From Gemmatimonadota bacterium (GTDB taxonomy: Bacteria > Gemmatimonadota > Gemmatimonadetes > Gemmatimonadales > GWC2-71-9): a stretch of DNA of 64,000 nucleotides. Both the position numbers and the translations under genes were made by a program. Under the pieces are notes generated by a model, which saw only the letters and a program-made list of their open reading frames with translations, ran no database searches and was not told where the DNA came from. Positions 33,833-44,374 of this stretch are shown here, one piece after another; positions within the stretch are counted from its first letter, which is position 1; each line of letters opens with the position of its first letter. The stretch covers positions 15,984 to 79,983 of the forward strand of contig JBDHEI010000008.1 of the NCBI GenBank assembly GCA_039591075.1, in the 5' to 3' direction.

Positions 33833-34837
33833 TCACCGCGCCGGCGCCGCCCGGTCCATGAACCACCTGACGGTCCGGCGCAAGGCTTCGTGGGGCTCGG
33901 TGGTCGGCACCCACGCCAACTCACGCACCGCCTTGGCCGACGTGTAGGGGTTCTCGCGTGCCAGGAAGTGTCCGCTCGACGCGCCGACTCCTCGGTAGCG
34001 CTTCGGGTGGATCAGGTGGGTCACCGCGTGCCACACCTTGCCGGCGGCCACGGCGGTACGGGGTGCAATACGCATCAGGCGCAGGCGACGGCCAGTCGTC
34101 TCCCGGATGATCTCGTAGAACTCCCGCTGCGTGAACCCGCCGTCGTTCGCCGTGTTGAACGGGCCGGTCGCGTGCGGGTGATCGAGTGCGGCGACCAGGG
34201 CGTCCACCACGTTGCCGACGTACACCATGGCCAGCCGGTTCTCGCCGGATCCCACGAGCGGAGCGACACCGAACCGTGTTGCGCGCAACACCGGCCCTAT
34301 CAAGAGACGGTCACGCTCCCCGTAGATGACGCAGGGCCTGAGCGCCACCGCTGAGACCCCTAGACGCTCGCTCTCGTGCCACAGCACCTCTTCGGCGAGC
34401 CGCTTGGACCGAGCGTAGTAATCCGTTTCGGCGATCACCCCGAAAGGGGCATCCTCGGCGACCGCCGTGCCCGTCCCGGCGTCCGGCTGCCGGCCGTACA
34501 CGGCCACGGAGGAGATGTGAATGAGTCGCGCGTTCGCTCGCGCGGCCGCCCGGACGGCATGGCGGGTGCCCTCCACGTTCACGCGTTCGTACGTGGTCCA
34601 GTCGGTCGGCGTCGTGACGAGCGCCGCCGCGTGCACGATGGCGTCGACGGGGTCCAGCGCGCGCCAGGTCGCTTCGTCCTTGACAGTGCCATGACGCGGC
34701 GCGGCACCGAGGCTCGTCACGAGTCGACGGGCGGGCTCCGAACGGGTGAGTGCCTGGACCCGGCACCCCGATGCCACGAGCCGCTCGATGGTGTGGCTGC
34801 CGAGCAACCCGGAGCCACCGGTGACGAAAACCTTCAC
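33833..34837 (-). CDS. NAD-dependent epimerase/dehydratase (extended SDR)
   Basis: VTGGSGLLG, HAAA, NVEGT, YARSK, LRPCVIYG. Start GTG 34837. Confidence 0.9.
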   Translation of the reverse strand: MKVFVTGGSGLLGSHTIERLVASGCRVQALTRSEPARRLVTSLGAAPRHGTVKDEATWRALDPVDAIVHAAALVTTPTDWTTYERVNVEGTRHAVRAAARANARLIHISSVAVYGRQPDAGTGTAVAEDAPFGVIAETDYYARSKRLAEEVLWHESERLGVSAVALRPCVIYGERDRLLIGPVLRATRFGVAPLVGSGENRLAMVYVGNVVDALVAALDHPHATGPFNTANDGGFTQREFYEIIRETTGRRLRLMRIAPRTAVAAGKVWHAVTHLIHPKRYRGVGASSGHFLARENPYTSAKAVRELAWVPTTEPHEALRRTVRWFMDRAAPAR

Positions 34838-36027
34838 AGCGCGAGCCAAACGGCCCGGAGACCCAGGACCGCGCACAGGAGCGCGACGAGGCCTCCGGCA
34901 AGGTTCCCCCGCCAGGTGTTCACGTGGCTGCCCAGGCGACTGCGATCGTTCATGGCGACCAGCAGCACGACGGCGATGATCGGGAGGACCAGACCGTTGA
35001 CGACCTGCGCCAGCACGATGAGCGGTACCGGACGCACGCTGGCCAGCGCCGTGACCGCCCCGACGATCACACAGCCACCCCACACCAGGCGCGCCGTAGG
35101 ACGCCGCACGTCTCGGCCACGCCCCAGGGTGTCCAGCACGGTGTAGGCGGCGGCGAGCGGCGCGGTGATGGCGGATGACACGCCCGCGGCTGCGTAGCCC
35201 AGTGCGAACGCGTGGCTTGCCCAGCGGCCCAGCAGGGGCTCGAGCTGCGCGGCCATGTCGGACGCCGAGTGGACCTGCGCGCCGTCGAGTGCCGACGCCG
35301 CCGTAACGACGACGGCCGCCGACACCACGCCACCGAGGCCGATGGCTAGCACGAGATCCCACCGCGCGGCGGGGAGGTCCTCCGGACCGGACCACCGCTC
35401 GCGCACGGCGGCGGCGTGGAGGAACAGATTGTACGGAACGATAGTGGTGCCGATGAGGGCCAGCGCTGTCACGTCGGCGCCGGACGGCAGTCGGGGCCAC
35501 ACCGCGCCCTGAAGCAGTGTGGCGACTGCGGGCGCCACGAGAATGGCCGTGGCGAGGAACATCACGCCCATGGTCGCCACACAGGCCGCGAGCACCCGCT
35601 CGAGCAGTTTGTACCGGCCGCTCCAGAGCAGCAGTCCGGCCACGACGGCGCCGAGCGCCACCCATCCTCTGAGCGGCACACCGGTCATCGCTTCGAGACC
35701 CAACGCCGCGCCGGTGAGATTCCCGGCTTCATATGCCGCGGCGCCGCTGACCACGGCGGTCGCCGCGAGTGCGGCGAGAGAGATGCCGAGCCATCGCGGA
35801 CCGCGGACCGCCCGAAGAGCCGTGCCGAGCCCGGCGCCGGTCGTGAGCCCCAGTCGTGCACTCATCTCCTGGAGCACGATGGTCGCGACGGTCGCAAACA
35901 CGAGGGCCCAGATGAGTTGTGCGCCAAACCGCGCGCCGGCGAGGGTGGCAGTGGTGACCGTGCCCGGCCCGATGAACGCGGCCGCGACGATGATGCCGGG
36001 GCCGACGCCCCGCCAGCGTCGGGTCAC
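34834..36027 (-). CDS. NRAMP-family divalent cation transporter
   Basis: [40 protein letters not shown]. Confidence 0.88.
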   Translation of the reverse strand: MTRRWRGVGPGIIVAAAFIGPGTVTTATLAGARFGAQLIWALVFATVATIVLQEMSARLGLTTGAGLGTALRAVRGPRWLGISLAALAATAVVSGAAAYEAGNLTGAALGLEAMTGVPLRGWVALGAVVAGLLLWSGRYKLLERVLAACVATMGVMFLATAILVAPAVATLLQGAVWPRLPSGADVTALALIGTTIVPYNLFLHAAAVRERWSGPEDLPAARWDLVLAIGLGGVVSAAVVVTAASALDGAQVHSASDMAAQLEPLLGRWASHAFALGYAAAGVSSAITAPLAAAYTVLDTLGRGRDVRRPTARLVWGGCVIVGAVTALASVRPVPLIVLAQVVNGLVLPIIAVVLLVAMNDRSRLGSHVNTWRGNLAGGLVALLCAVLGLRAVWLAL

Positions 36028-37064
36028 CTGATGTCGAACGGAAGGCCCACGACCTGCGCGGAGGCGCCGGCCGCATCGACCGTGGCGTTGAGCTCCACCT
36101 CTCGGCGCAGTAGCGCCAGCCCCAGGTAGCCGTTGTACCGGTGGACCCAGGCGATGCTGGTCACGCGACCCGCGTCTTTGCCGTCGCGCTCGACGGTGGG
36201 GTCGTCGGGATCGGGAGGGTCATCCCACATCAAGCCCCCTAGCCAACGGTTGGGGTGGCCGCGGAAATGGACGCGCGCGACGGTCTCCTGCCCGGTGTAG
36301 CACCCCTTCGTGTACGACACGCCGTCGATCTCGTCGAACCGCACTTCTTGCGGCAGGGTCTTAGGTCCGATCTCGGTCCCGACCTGCGGCCAGCCGGCGA
36401 GGATGCGCGCCAGCTCGAGCAGGTGCGGGTCGCCCGCCAGGATTTCGGCCTTCCCCAACACGTCGAGTACACTGTCCGATTCACTCGCCACGCACGAGAT
36501 CTGAAACGCGAAGGGAACGTCGTCCGGCGGTCGCGAGACGAGACAGGCGACGTTGCCGATCGACGTGTCGATCGTCTTCCCCGGCTCGGGCACGGATAGG
36601 CCGGCACCGCGCGCTCGCCCGCCCGCCTCGGGTCCCACGACGCGGAACACGGCCAACTCGTCGGTGCGGTCCAGGATCCGCGCGAGGCGTGGGGGGAAGT
36701 AGCGATGGAACATCTGCAGAATGGCGGCCCGTGCGGCACCCGGCCCGAAGGCGAGAATCTCGCCTTCAGCGCGTGCGATCCAGAGATCGCTCACGATCAT
36801 GCCTTTGGGCGTGAGCACGGCTCCGTAGACGAATCCCCGCCCGCCGCGCGCCTCGACGTCACTGGTGAGCACGCCCTGGACACACGTGACGGCACCCGCG
36901 CCCGCCAAGCTGACCGAGCTGCTCTCGTACTCGGCCACGGCGGCGCCGTCGAGCACCTCGCTCTCCTGTGCCAGCGCCAATGCCTCCTCGTCGAGGAGGA
37001 AGACCGTCTGAGCGGGGAGGTCGTCCCGCTGGGTCTCAGGGCGCGTATCGTCCGGCTCGTTCAT
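36024..37064 (-). CDS. ygfZ: YgfZ/GcvT-like folate-binding protein
   Basis: KGCYTGQE signature. Confidence 0.88.
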   Translation of the reverse strand: MNEPDDTRPETQRDDLPAQTVFLLDEEALALAQESEVLDGAAVAEYESSSVSLAGAGAVTCVQGVLTSDVEARGGRGFVYGAVLTPKGMIVSDLWIARAEGEILAFGPGAARAAILQMFHRYFPPRLARILDRTDELAVFRVVGPEAGGRARGAGLSVPEPGKTIDTSIGNVACLVSRPPDDVPFAFQISCVASESDSVLDVLGKAEILAGDPHLLELARILAGWPQVGTEIGPKTLPQEVRFDEIDGVSYTKGCYTGQETVARVHFRGHPNRWLGGLMWDDPPDPDDPTVERDGKDAGRVTSIAWVHRYNGYLGLALLRREVELNATVDAAGASAQVVGLPFDIR

Positions 37065-38274
37065 ACGACCAATCGAGAAGCTCAACCGGGTGGACGACGG
37101 GAATAGTGAGGCCGGCTGCGAGGAGTCCCGCGCCGATCTGCATGATACACCCGGGATTGCCACTCGCCACCACGTCTGGCCCTGCGTCCCGGATGGCGGC
37201 GACCTTTCGATCGAGTACTGCTAGTGAGATCGCGGGCTGGGCCAGCGAGTAGCTTCCGGCGCTCCCACAGCAGAGGTCCGCCTCGTGGTGGCGGACGCGC
37301 TCCAGACCGTCGATCGCGTCGATGAGCGTTTCGGGCTCGGTGGTGATCCGCTGCGCGTGCGCCAAGTGGCACGGTGGGTCGTACGCCACTCGCAGGTCGA
37401 GCCGAGCGCCGGGCGCGGGACCGCGAGCGCTCAAGAACTCACTCACATCCCGGACGCTGGCGGCGAGCATCTCCCCTTGGGTTTGGAGCGGGTCGCCTTC
37501 GAGCAGCCGGCCGTATTCCTTGAGGATGGCTCCACAGCCCGCGGCATTGACCGCGATGAGGGCGCCGTCGGGACGGGACGAAAACGCCTCGACGTTCCGG
37601 CGTGCCAGCTCGCGCCCGGCCTCGTGCTGGCCCGCGTGCACGTGCAGCGCGCCGCAGCACCCCTGGCCCGCCGCACCGTGGACTGCGTAGCCGTTGGCCG
37701 TGAGCACACGCTCGGTGGCATCGTGCACGTGGGAGAACAGATCGTCCATGATGCAGCCGCGGAACAGCGCGACTGGTGTGCCGGCTCCGTCTGTCGAAAT
37801 TCCGCGTCTCGCTGTGTGAGTGCGCAGCGGTCGCGTCGCGGCCAGCATACCGAGCGCGAAGCCGGGTCGGGAGCGACCCGCCAGGCTGGCCGCGAGCGGT
37901 CGCACGAGTCTCGCCGCGGTCAGGAACGGTCTGCGAAACAGCGGCTCCGCCATGATCGCGTGCGTGATGCGAACGATCGGATGGAGCGGCCGCGCGTCGT
38001 GGAGGACGCGACGGGCGTCCTCGATGGCCGGCCCGTACTCCACCCCCGACGGACACACGGGCTCGCAGGCGCGGCATCCCAGGCACCGATCGAGATGGTG
38101 GGCGACCACGCTGTCGCCGGGCACGAAACGTCGAGCCGCCATCGCCCGCATCAACACGATGCGTCCGCGTGGGCTGTCCGCCTCGTCGTCGGTGACCAGA
38201 TACGTGGGGCAGCTCTGGAGGCAGAACCCGCAATGGACGCAGGGGTCGAGCCCGGCCAGGGCGCTCGCTCTCAC
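37036..38274 (-). CDS. glcF: Glycolate oxidase Fe-S subunit
   Basis: [33 protein letters not shown], two CCG domains. Confidence 0.9.
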   Translation of the reverse strand: MRASALAGLDPCVHCGFCLQSCPTYLVTDDEADSPRGRIVLMRAMAARRFVPGDSVVAHHLDRCLGCRACEPVCPSGVEYGPAIEDARRVLHDARPLHPIVRITHAIMAEPLFRRPFLTAARLVRPLAASLAGRSRPGFALGMLAATRPLRTHTARRGISTDGAGTPVALFRGCIMDDLFSHVHDATERVLTANGYAVHGAAGQGCCGALHVHAGQHEAGRELARRNVEAFSSRPDGALIAVNAAGCGAILKEYGRLLEGDPLQTQGEMLAASVRDVSEFLSARGPAPGARLDLRVAYDPPCHLAHAQRITTEPETLIDAIDGLERVRHHEADLCCGSAGSYSLAQPAISLAVLDRKVAAIRDAGPDVVASGNPGCIMQIGAGLLAAGLTIPVVHPVELLDWSYERAGRYAP

Positions 38275-39473
38275 GCGTCGTTGCCCAGCGGCACCACCAG
38301 GGTGCCGGCGGGATCGAAGGTCTCACGGAGTTTTTCGACCAAGCGGCCCACCCCTTCGCGGTACGCACCGAAGTGACCGAAGCGAGACCGGAGACTCCAC
38401 GGCGCGCGCTCGAGGGTGAGCGGGAACTCCATCTGCGCGGCGGCATGTCTGAGCACGCGCAGGTCTTCGAGCCTCGCGGTCCCGCTCCAGCGTACGATGC
38501 CGGTACCGACTGACGCCGCGATCCACTCGTCGGCGGTATGGTGGATCAAGAGATCCAACACCCGGTCGAGTGCCCCGGGCAGCCCGCCCAGTCGCAGTGT
38601 CGTCGGATGCCGCGTAGCGAGGGTCATGGCGCTCGACCAGAACGCGGCCGCGTCATGAGGCTCGAGATCGGTGGTATCTGCCCGCAGGAGCCCGCGGACG
38701 CTGTCACGGATCGCCGCGACTTCGGCGTCGCGGCCCACCACGCGAACGGCAAGGGTCCAGGCGTCGTGGCCGGTTGCCGCGGGAGACAGCAGCTCGAGGG
38801 CCCCGGGGGTAATGCCCTGTTGCAAAATGTCGAGCGCGCGGGCCAGCAACTCGTCACGCGGTCCGTGGGCCGCCAAGGTCACATCCGCGCGCGGCACCGT
38901 GCGCAGCCGCACCGTGAGGCTCGTCAAGACACCGAACGCGCCGAAGCTCCCGAGCCCGAGCTTGGCCAGGTCGAATCCGGCGACGTTCTTCACCACGCGA
39001 CCGCCGGGCCGCAGCACGCGGCCGTCGCCCGTGACGAGGGTCAGGCCCAACACCTGGTCGCGCAGGTTCCCGAACCCCGCGCGGAGTGGTCCGCCCGTTC
39101 CGGTCGCAGCAATAGAGCCCACGGAGCGATCGGGACCGACGTGATCGAGGGCGACCCAGACTTCCTGGTCGGCGAGTACCCCGCGCATCTCGCTCCACAG
39201 GGTTCCGCCTTCGACGGTGACCACGAGGTCGCGCGGGCTCAGGTCGATCACATGGGTGAGCCGCCGGGTCGAGAGGGTGAGGTCTGCCGGCGCGTCGGCG
39301 GGCATCCACCGACCGGATCCCGACACGCGCACGCGCCACCCCTCCTGCGTCGCGGTGCCAAGCACGAGCGCGGTGGCCGCATCGTTGCGCGGGGCGACAA
39401 TCGGGATACCATCGGGACCGCCATCGTCCACCGCGTCCGGGCCGAGGAGGGTCCGGAGGTGCTGGGCAATCAC
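38271..39473 (-). CDS. glcE: Glycolate oxidase FAD-binding subunit
   Basis: GGRVVKNVAGFDLAKL.GSFG; start GTG 39473. Confidence 0.88.
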   Translation of the reverse strand: MIAQHLRTLLGPDAVDDGGPDGIPIVAPRNDAATALVLGTATQEGWRVRVSGSGRWMPADAPADLTLSTRRLTHVIDLSPRDLVVTVEGGTLWSEMRGVLADQEVWVALDHVGPDRSVGSIAATGTGGPLRAGFGNLRDQVLGLTLVTGDGRVLRPGGRVVKNVAGFDLAKLGLGSFGAFGVLTSLTVRLRTVPRADVTLAAHGPRDELLARALDILQQGITPGALELLSPAATGHDAWTLAVRVVGRDAEVAAIRDSVRGLLRADTTDLEPHDAAAFWSSAMTLATRHPTTLRLGGLPGALDRVLDLLIHHTADEWIAASVGTGIVRWSGTARLEDLRVLRHAAAQMEFPLTLERAPWSLRSRFGHFGAYREGVGRLVEKLRETFDPAGTLVVPLGNDA

Positions 39474-39856
39474 TTCTGGGCCAGCCACGGCGCCGCCAAC
39501 TCGGCGGTCGCGTCGATGAAGCTTCTCGCCTCGACGACATACTTCCGAGCGTCCGTCGTCCGCCACGGGCTCGTGAGCACCTGTTGAACGTCCATCCCCG
39601 CGAGAGCGGCGAACAGGCTCGGCAGATTTTCCTGGACTCGTCTGTGCATGGCCTCGGGCGTCATCACGTGCTGCCACGGCGGGCTCTCGACCCAGACGCG
39701 GATTGTCGCGCCCGCGACGACGGCGGGGTACGCCTCCTGCAGCGCGCGACCCCCGTCGTCGTCGGCAAGATGGCGTTCGGCCTGCTGTACCCGCCGTTGG
39801 GCGCTCTCCACCTGATCGTGAACCAGCGTGCGCCATCGTGTCGGGATCGGGGTCAC
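39470..39856 (-). CDS. Hypothetical helical protein, possibly degenerate HEPN fold
   Basis: Fills the glcD-glcE gap with GTGA overlaps at both ends. Confidence 0.65.
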   Translation of the reverse strand: MTPIPTRWRTLVHDQVESAQRRVQQAERHLADDDGGRALQEAYPAVVAGATIRVWVESPPWQHVMTPEAMHRRVQENLPSLFAALAGMDVQQVLTSPWRTTDARKYVVEARSFIDATAELAAPWLAQK

Positions 39857-41283
39857 GACGCGAGGGCCTCATGTGTCTGCGATCCGAGGATGCCGCTCGC
39901 CGGGAGCACCTTGCCCGGGTTGGCCACCGTGAGGGGATCGAACACCCGTTGGACGTCCCGCATAGCGCCCAGCGTGTGCGGATCGTACACGAGGGGGAGG
40001 TAGCGGATCTTGTCGGCGCCCACGCCGTGCTCGCCCGTCACGGTACCGCCGGCCCGAATGCACGCGTGCATGATTGCCTCTGCCGCGCGCTCAACCCGCT
40101 CCGACTGCTCTGGGTCGCGTGCGTCGAACCCCATGTTGGGATGCAGGTTACCGTCGCCCGCGTGGAACACGTTGGCGATGGTGATGCCGAAGCGCTGGCC
40201 GATCTGCTCGATCTCCTCGAGCACGCTCGGCAGCGCGGATCGGGGCACGACCGTGTCCTGAACCACCAGGTCGGGGCTGATCCTGCCCAGCGCGCCGAAC
40301 GCCTTCTTCCGACCGTGCCACAGGCGGGCACGCGTGGAGGGATCGGCCGCGGTTCGCACGTCCCGGGCCCCCGAGTGCCGGAGGATGGCCTGGACCTCCG
40401 CCGCGTCGGCCTCGATCGGCTCGGCGTGCGGACCGTCCAGCTCCACGAGTAGGATGGCTCCGGCGTCGGTGGGATAGCCGGCGGCGTAGATGGACGCTTC
40501 CACCGCCCTGATGCAGTTGCGGTCCATCATCTCCAGCGCGGCCGGCACGATGCCGGAGGCGATGATCGCCGACACGGCCTCGCCCGCAGTGGGCAGGCTC
40601 TCGAAATCGGCGAGCAACGTCTGCACGGCCCGCGGCAGCGGCGTGAGCCGGACGGTGATGCTGGTGGCGATCCCGAACATGCCCTCGCTCCCGACGAACA
40701 CGCCGACGAGGTCCGGGCCCCACGGTTCTCCATTCGGCGAGCCCAGGGTGACGACACTCCCATCGGGCAGCACCACCTCGAGGGCGAGGATGTGGTTGGT
40801 GGTCACACCGTGCTTCAGGCAGTGGGGGCCACCGGCGTTTTCTGCCACGTTGCCCCCGATGGTGCAGACCGTCTGACTCGACGGGTCCGGGGCATAGTGC
40901 AGGCCATAGGGGGCTGCGGCGGCGGTCAGCCGATCGTTGACGACACCGGTCTCCACCACCGCACGCCGGTTCCGCGGATCGATGTCGAGAATGCGGCTCA
41001 GTCTGGTGAGCACGATCAGCACCGAGTCGGGCGAGGCGATGGCACCGCCCGAAAGCCCGGTGCCGGCGCCGCGGGCGACGAACGGGATCCGCTGGCTGGC
41101 GAGGTGCGCCACGACGCGCGCCACCTCGTCGCGCGACCCGGGGATGACCACGGCGCCCGGACGGCACCTCCGCGTCGGGAGGGCGTCGGCCGCGTAGGTC
41201 TCGAGCGCAGCGGGCGTGGTCCGGACCCAGTTGGGGCCGACGATCGCCTCCAAGTGACGCACGACCGCCTTCGGGATCGTCAT
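39853..41283 (-). CDS. glcD: Glycolate oxidase subunit, FAD-linked
   Basis: RGAGTGLSGG, PDPSS, GGNVAENAGG, GSEG, HAGDGNLH, GEHGVG. Confidence 0.92.
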   Translation of the reverse strand: MTIPKAVVRHLEAIVGPNWVRTTPAALETYAADALPTRRCRPGAVVIPGSRDEVARVVAHLASQRIPFVARGAGTGLSGGAIASPDSVLIVLTRLSRILDIDPRNRRAVVETGVVNDRLTAAAAPYGLHYAPDPSSQTVCTIGGNVAENAGGPHCLKHGVTTNHILALEVVLPDGSVVTLGSPNGEPWGPDLVGVFVGSEGMFGIATSITVRLTPLPRAVQTLLADFESLPTAGEAVSAIIASGIVPAALEMMDRNCIRAVEASIYAAGYPTDAGAILLVELDGPHAEPIEADAAEVQAILRHSGARDVRTAADPSTRARLWHGRKKAFGALGRISPDLVVQDTVVPRSALPSVLEEIEQIGQRFGITIANVFHAGDGNLHPNMGFDARDPEQSERVERAAEAIMHACIRAGGTVTGEHGVGADKIRYLPLVYDPHTLGAMRDVQRVFDPLTVANPGKVLPASGILGSQTHEALAS

Positions 41284-41966
41284 TGCGGGTCCCCGTCCGG
41301 CGCGTGGTGCAGCAGTCCGCGTCCATTCCGCTTGGCACGTTGGTGGTGCACCACGCGCCGGGTGACTTCCTCGTTGAGGGAGGCGAGGAGTCCACGCAGG
41401 CGCGTGAGGCGGTCGATGGTGGAACGCGACGTGAGCAGTGGCAGCGCGTCGGCGAAGTCCAGGTCGAGTGACCCGGCGACATGAAACGACGTGGCGGTCG
41501 GCTCGAGCGGTATCTCGACCGATTGCGGCGGCTGGTCGTTCAACACACCCATGGCTGTCACGAAGCGCTCGAAGGCCCGGCGTACCTCGCGCGCCAGCGC
41601 CTCGGCCTCCGCGTCGTCCGGCCAGGGCCCGTCGCCAAACGGCTCCACGTCCGCCACGAGGTACAGGCGGTCGGTCTCCACGTAGCGGGACAGCACGTAG
41701 CGGTCACCGCCGGTCACCAGGATGTTCGAGCGTCCGTCCGGGAGGGGCCAGACATTGTGGATGATCACCGATGAGCCGACCGAGCCGGGCGCGGGCGTGC
41801 CCTCGACCTCGTCTCCGGTGAGAGGTGAAATTCCGAACTCCCGGTCTCCATGTTCGCAGTCGGCGAGGAGCTGTCGGTATCGGGGCTCGAATACGTGGAG
41901 CGGCGTGGGCGTGCCGGGGAAGACCACGAGTCGCAGGGGGAAGATCGGGAGTCGACGTGGCGACAT
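41280..41966 (-). CDS. Lon protease substrate-binding domain protein
   Basis: LPIFPL..VVFPG..LHVFEPRY, LPDGRSNI. Confidence 0.9.
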   Translation of the reverse strand: MSPRRLPIFPLRLVVFPGTPTPLHVFEPRYRQLLADCEHGDREFGISPLTGDEVEGTPAPGSVGSSVIIHNVWPLPDGRSNILVTGGDRYVLSRYVETDRLYLVADVEPFGDGPWPDDAEAEALAREVRRAFERFVTAMGVLNDQPPQSVEIPLEPTATSFHVAGSLDLDFADALPLLTSRSTIDRLTRLRGLLASLNEEVTRRVVHHQRAKRNGRGLLHHAPDGDPQ

Positions 41967-42030
41967 GGGTCAAAGATACGAGCCCGGGGTGAGGAACGAG
42001 AGTGGTGGGCTCGGGAGCCGCGGAGCGCGC

Positions 42031-42062
42031 AAGACAAAACGGCCGGCCCAAGGGCCGACCGT
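42031..42062 (-). terminator. Intrinsic terminator after the sigma factor gene
   Basis: Minus strand ACGGTCGGCCC-TT-GGGCCGGCCGT followed by TTTGTCTT. Confidence 0.7.
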
Positions 42063-42086
42063 CCGTGGTGTCGCGTGGGAAGGGGA

Positions 42087-42980
42087 CTAAGCCGCGACCC
42101 AGAAGCCTTTGAGCGCCTCGCCGTGGGGGCTCTCGCGCAGTTTCTCGAAGGCCCGCTCCCGGATCTGACGTATTCGTTCGCGGGTCACGCCCATCAAATC
42201 CCCGATTTTCTCCAGGGTCATGCCTTCGGAGCCTTCCTCCAGTCCGTAATACAAGTACAGGATCTTGCGCTCCCGGGCGGTGAGGTAACGCTGGAGCACC
42301 TCGTCGATGAACTCGCGCATGAGGCGCCCGTCGGTGATGGTCTCGATCTCGCCGCCCTCGTCGGCGGTGAAGCGCTCGCCGAGCGTGGCTGCGTCGCGAT
42401 CGGAGCGGTCGACGGGGGCGTCCAAGGACATCTCGGCGGCTGTCATCCTGCGCGCGCTACGGACGTTCTCGACCGTGTCGTTCAGCGCTCGGGCGATCTC
42501 GTCATCGGTGGGCTCGCGTCCCAGCTCCTGCGAGAGGTAGGTCTCGGTCCGAGACATCCGGATGAGATGGCTGTTCTGGTTGAGGGGGATTCGAACGCTG
42601 CGGGTCTGTTCGGCGAGCGCCTTCAATACTGCCTGCCGAACCCACCACACCGCGTAGGAAATGAACTTCACACCATGTTCCGGATCGAATTTCTTGACCG
42701 CCTTGAGGAGGCCCTCGTTGCCGATGGCCACCAACTCCGACAGGTCGAGGCCGTGGCCTTGGTACTTCTTCACGTAGGAGATCACGAACCGCAGATTCGC
42801 GGTGACCAAACGCTCGGCCGCCTTCTGATCACCCCGCCGCGCCCGGCGGGCGAGCCGCCGTTCCTCCTCGACATTTGGAATGAGGGGGAGCTTTTGAATA
42901 TCCTGCAGGTACTGGTCGAACGCGGACGACGCAGGCGAACGGAAAAAGCCTTTCGCCTTGCCACTGCGGAGTTGGGTCAT
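42087..42980 (-). CDS. Sigma-70 family RNA polymerase sigma factor lacking region 1.1
   Basis: ANLRFV, GNEGLLKAVKKFDP..GVKFISYAVWW, TRERIRQI. Confidence 0.93.
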   Translation of the reverse strand: MTQLRSGKAKGFFRSPASSAFDQYLQDIQKLPLIPNVEEERRLARRARRGDQKAAERLVTANLRFVISYVKKYQGHGLDLSELVAIGNEGLLKAVKKFDPEHGVKFISYAVWWVRQAVLKALAEQTRSVRIPLNQNSHLIRMSRTETYLSQELGREPTDDEIARALNDTVENVRSARRMTAAEMSLDAPVDRSDRDAATLGERFTADEGGEIETITDGRLMREFIDEVLQRYLTARERKILYLYYGLEEGSEGMTLEKIGDLMGVTRERIRQIRERAFEKLRESPHGEALKGFWVAA

Positions 42981-43111
42981 ACACGCCTCAAGGTCGTTAT
43001 AAAGGTCGGCTCTGGGAGGGCCAGGTGACCGTGGCGAAAACCCGCCAAAATGACCGATACCAAGGCGGGCCGAATATAGGAAGCACCATTCAATCAGTCA
43101 AGAAAATTAAG

Positions 43112-43265
43112 TTTTCCACATCACAAATCATTTGTTGCCAATTTGTTCGGAGCTTTGTCCACTTTCGGGCCGATTTGGGCCGGTGTGGCGATGGTGTCGT
43201 GAAACCGTAAGCTGTTGTGGATAGGAGACTTGTGGCCGGTGGTCGTGTGGAAAACCTGTGGGAAT
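43112..43265. promoter_or_regulatory. AT-rich intergenic region with DnaA-box-like 9-mers
   Basis: TTTTCCACA 43112, TTGTCCACT 43155, TGTGGATAG 43216, TGTGGAAAA 43246, TGTGGGAAT 43257. Confidence 0.45.
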
Positions 43266-43271
43266 CCCCGT

Positions 43272-44324
43272 TTACCAGTCGAGTGACCGAATCAGATCGC
43301 CAATCTCGGTGAGGGGTACTGGGAGACCACCCATTGGACCCGGTCCCGAGGCCATTTCGCCGATCGCTCGCGGGAATGCAAAGCTGACAGTTCCATCCGC
43401 TGCGGTCCTCGTGCGCTGGAGCGCCTCGACGAGCTGGTCGGGGGCGGCCGAGGACAGAGGTGTGTCTGGCAATCCGAACGTGGTGAGGGCTTCCTCGATC
43501 CGGCCCGGCACGCCGCGATCGGTGACGCCGAGCGCGACGCCGAATTTCGCCTCCGCGAGCATGCCGACGGCCAGCGCTTCGCCGTGCAGGACCTCGTATC
43601 CCAGCACCGCCTGCAACGCTTCTGCGATGATCTGGCCGAAGTGCGATTCCACAGGCGCCCCGTCCCGATCGTCTCGCGCCGTCATGATCTCCCGTTTGAT
43701 CTCCACGCTTCGGCGTACTACCGATTCGAGTACGGCTGGTTGTTTCGCCACGATGCCCGCGCGCATCTCGAGCAGGCGCTCGAAGTAGTCGACGTCGGCG
43801 ATCACCCCATGTCGCAGCGTGTGCGCCATTCCCGCGGCCAACTGGACCGGTGGCAACGTCGCCAACGTGGCAACGTCGCCTGCCACCAGCGCCGGCTGAT
43901 GGACTGCCCCGACGAGATTCTTGCCTGCCGGGGTGTCCACCCCCACCTGTCCGCCGATCGCGCAGTCCGCCATCGCCGAGAGCGTGGTTGGGAGCGAGAC
44001 GTAGCGGATGCCATGCAAGAGGGTGGCTGCTACGAACCCCACCAAGTCGCTGCACACACCGCCTCCGAGCCCGATCAGCGCCACACGGGAATCGAGCGGG
44101 TTCGTCAACAGCTGGTCGGTGAGGGTTGTCCAGCTCTCCCGGGACTTGTTCCACTCGCCGGCAGGGAAGGTGAGCAGGATAGTGGGGGCGATGGTCTTGG
44201 CCGCAGCCACGGTGCGCTCGGCGTACAGAGGCGCAACGTGGGAATCGCTGATCACGGCGTACCGGGTGGCGGGACAGTGGGTGGCGAGTAAGTCGCCGAG
44301 AGTCGCGAGCAGTCCCGTACCCAC
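43272..44324 (-). CDS. aroB: 3-dehydroquinate synthase homolog with substituted catalytic residues
   Basis: GEWNKS, GGGVCSDL, PTTL, GKNLVG and LHGEA are present, but several metal/substrate residues differ. Start uncertain. Confidence 0.8.
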   Translation of the reverse strand: MGTGLLATLGDLLATHCPATRYAVISDSHVAPLYAERTVAAAKTIAPTILLTFPAGEWNKSRESWTTLTDQLLTNPLDSRVALIGLGGGVCSDLVGFVAATLLHGIRYVSLPTTLSAMADCAIGGQVGVDTPAGKNLVGAVHQPALVAGDVATLATLPPVQLAAGMAHTLRHGVIADVDYFERLLEMRAGIVAKQPAVLESVVRRSVEIKREIMTARDDRDGAPVESHFGQIIAEALQAVLGYEVLHGEALAVGMLAEAKFGVALGVTDRGVPGRIEEALTTFGLPDTPLSSAAPDQLVEALQRTRTAADGTVSFAFPRAIGEMASGPGPMGGLPVPLTEIGDLIRSLDW

Positions 44325-44374
44325 GATCAGGTCATGCGACCCGCTTGATGCGTTGTCGGCAACCCGGCGCGGGG

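Noticed and set aside
34838-35665. Long N-terminal extensions in track ORFs (epimerase, desulfurase, glcE, acpS, lipid kinase, VWA)
   Set aside because: They overlap upstream genes in another frame and have low-complexity Arg/Gly/Pro composition; starts were reassigned.
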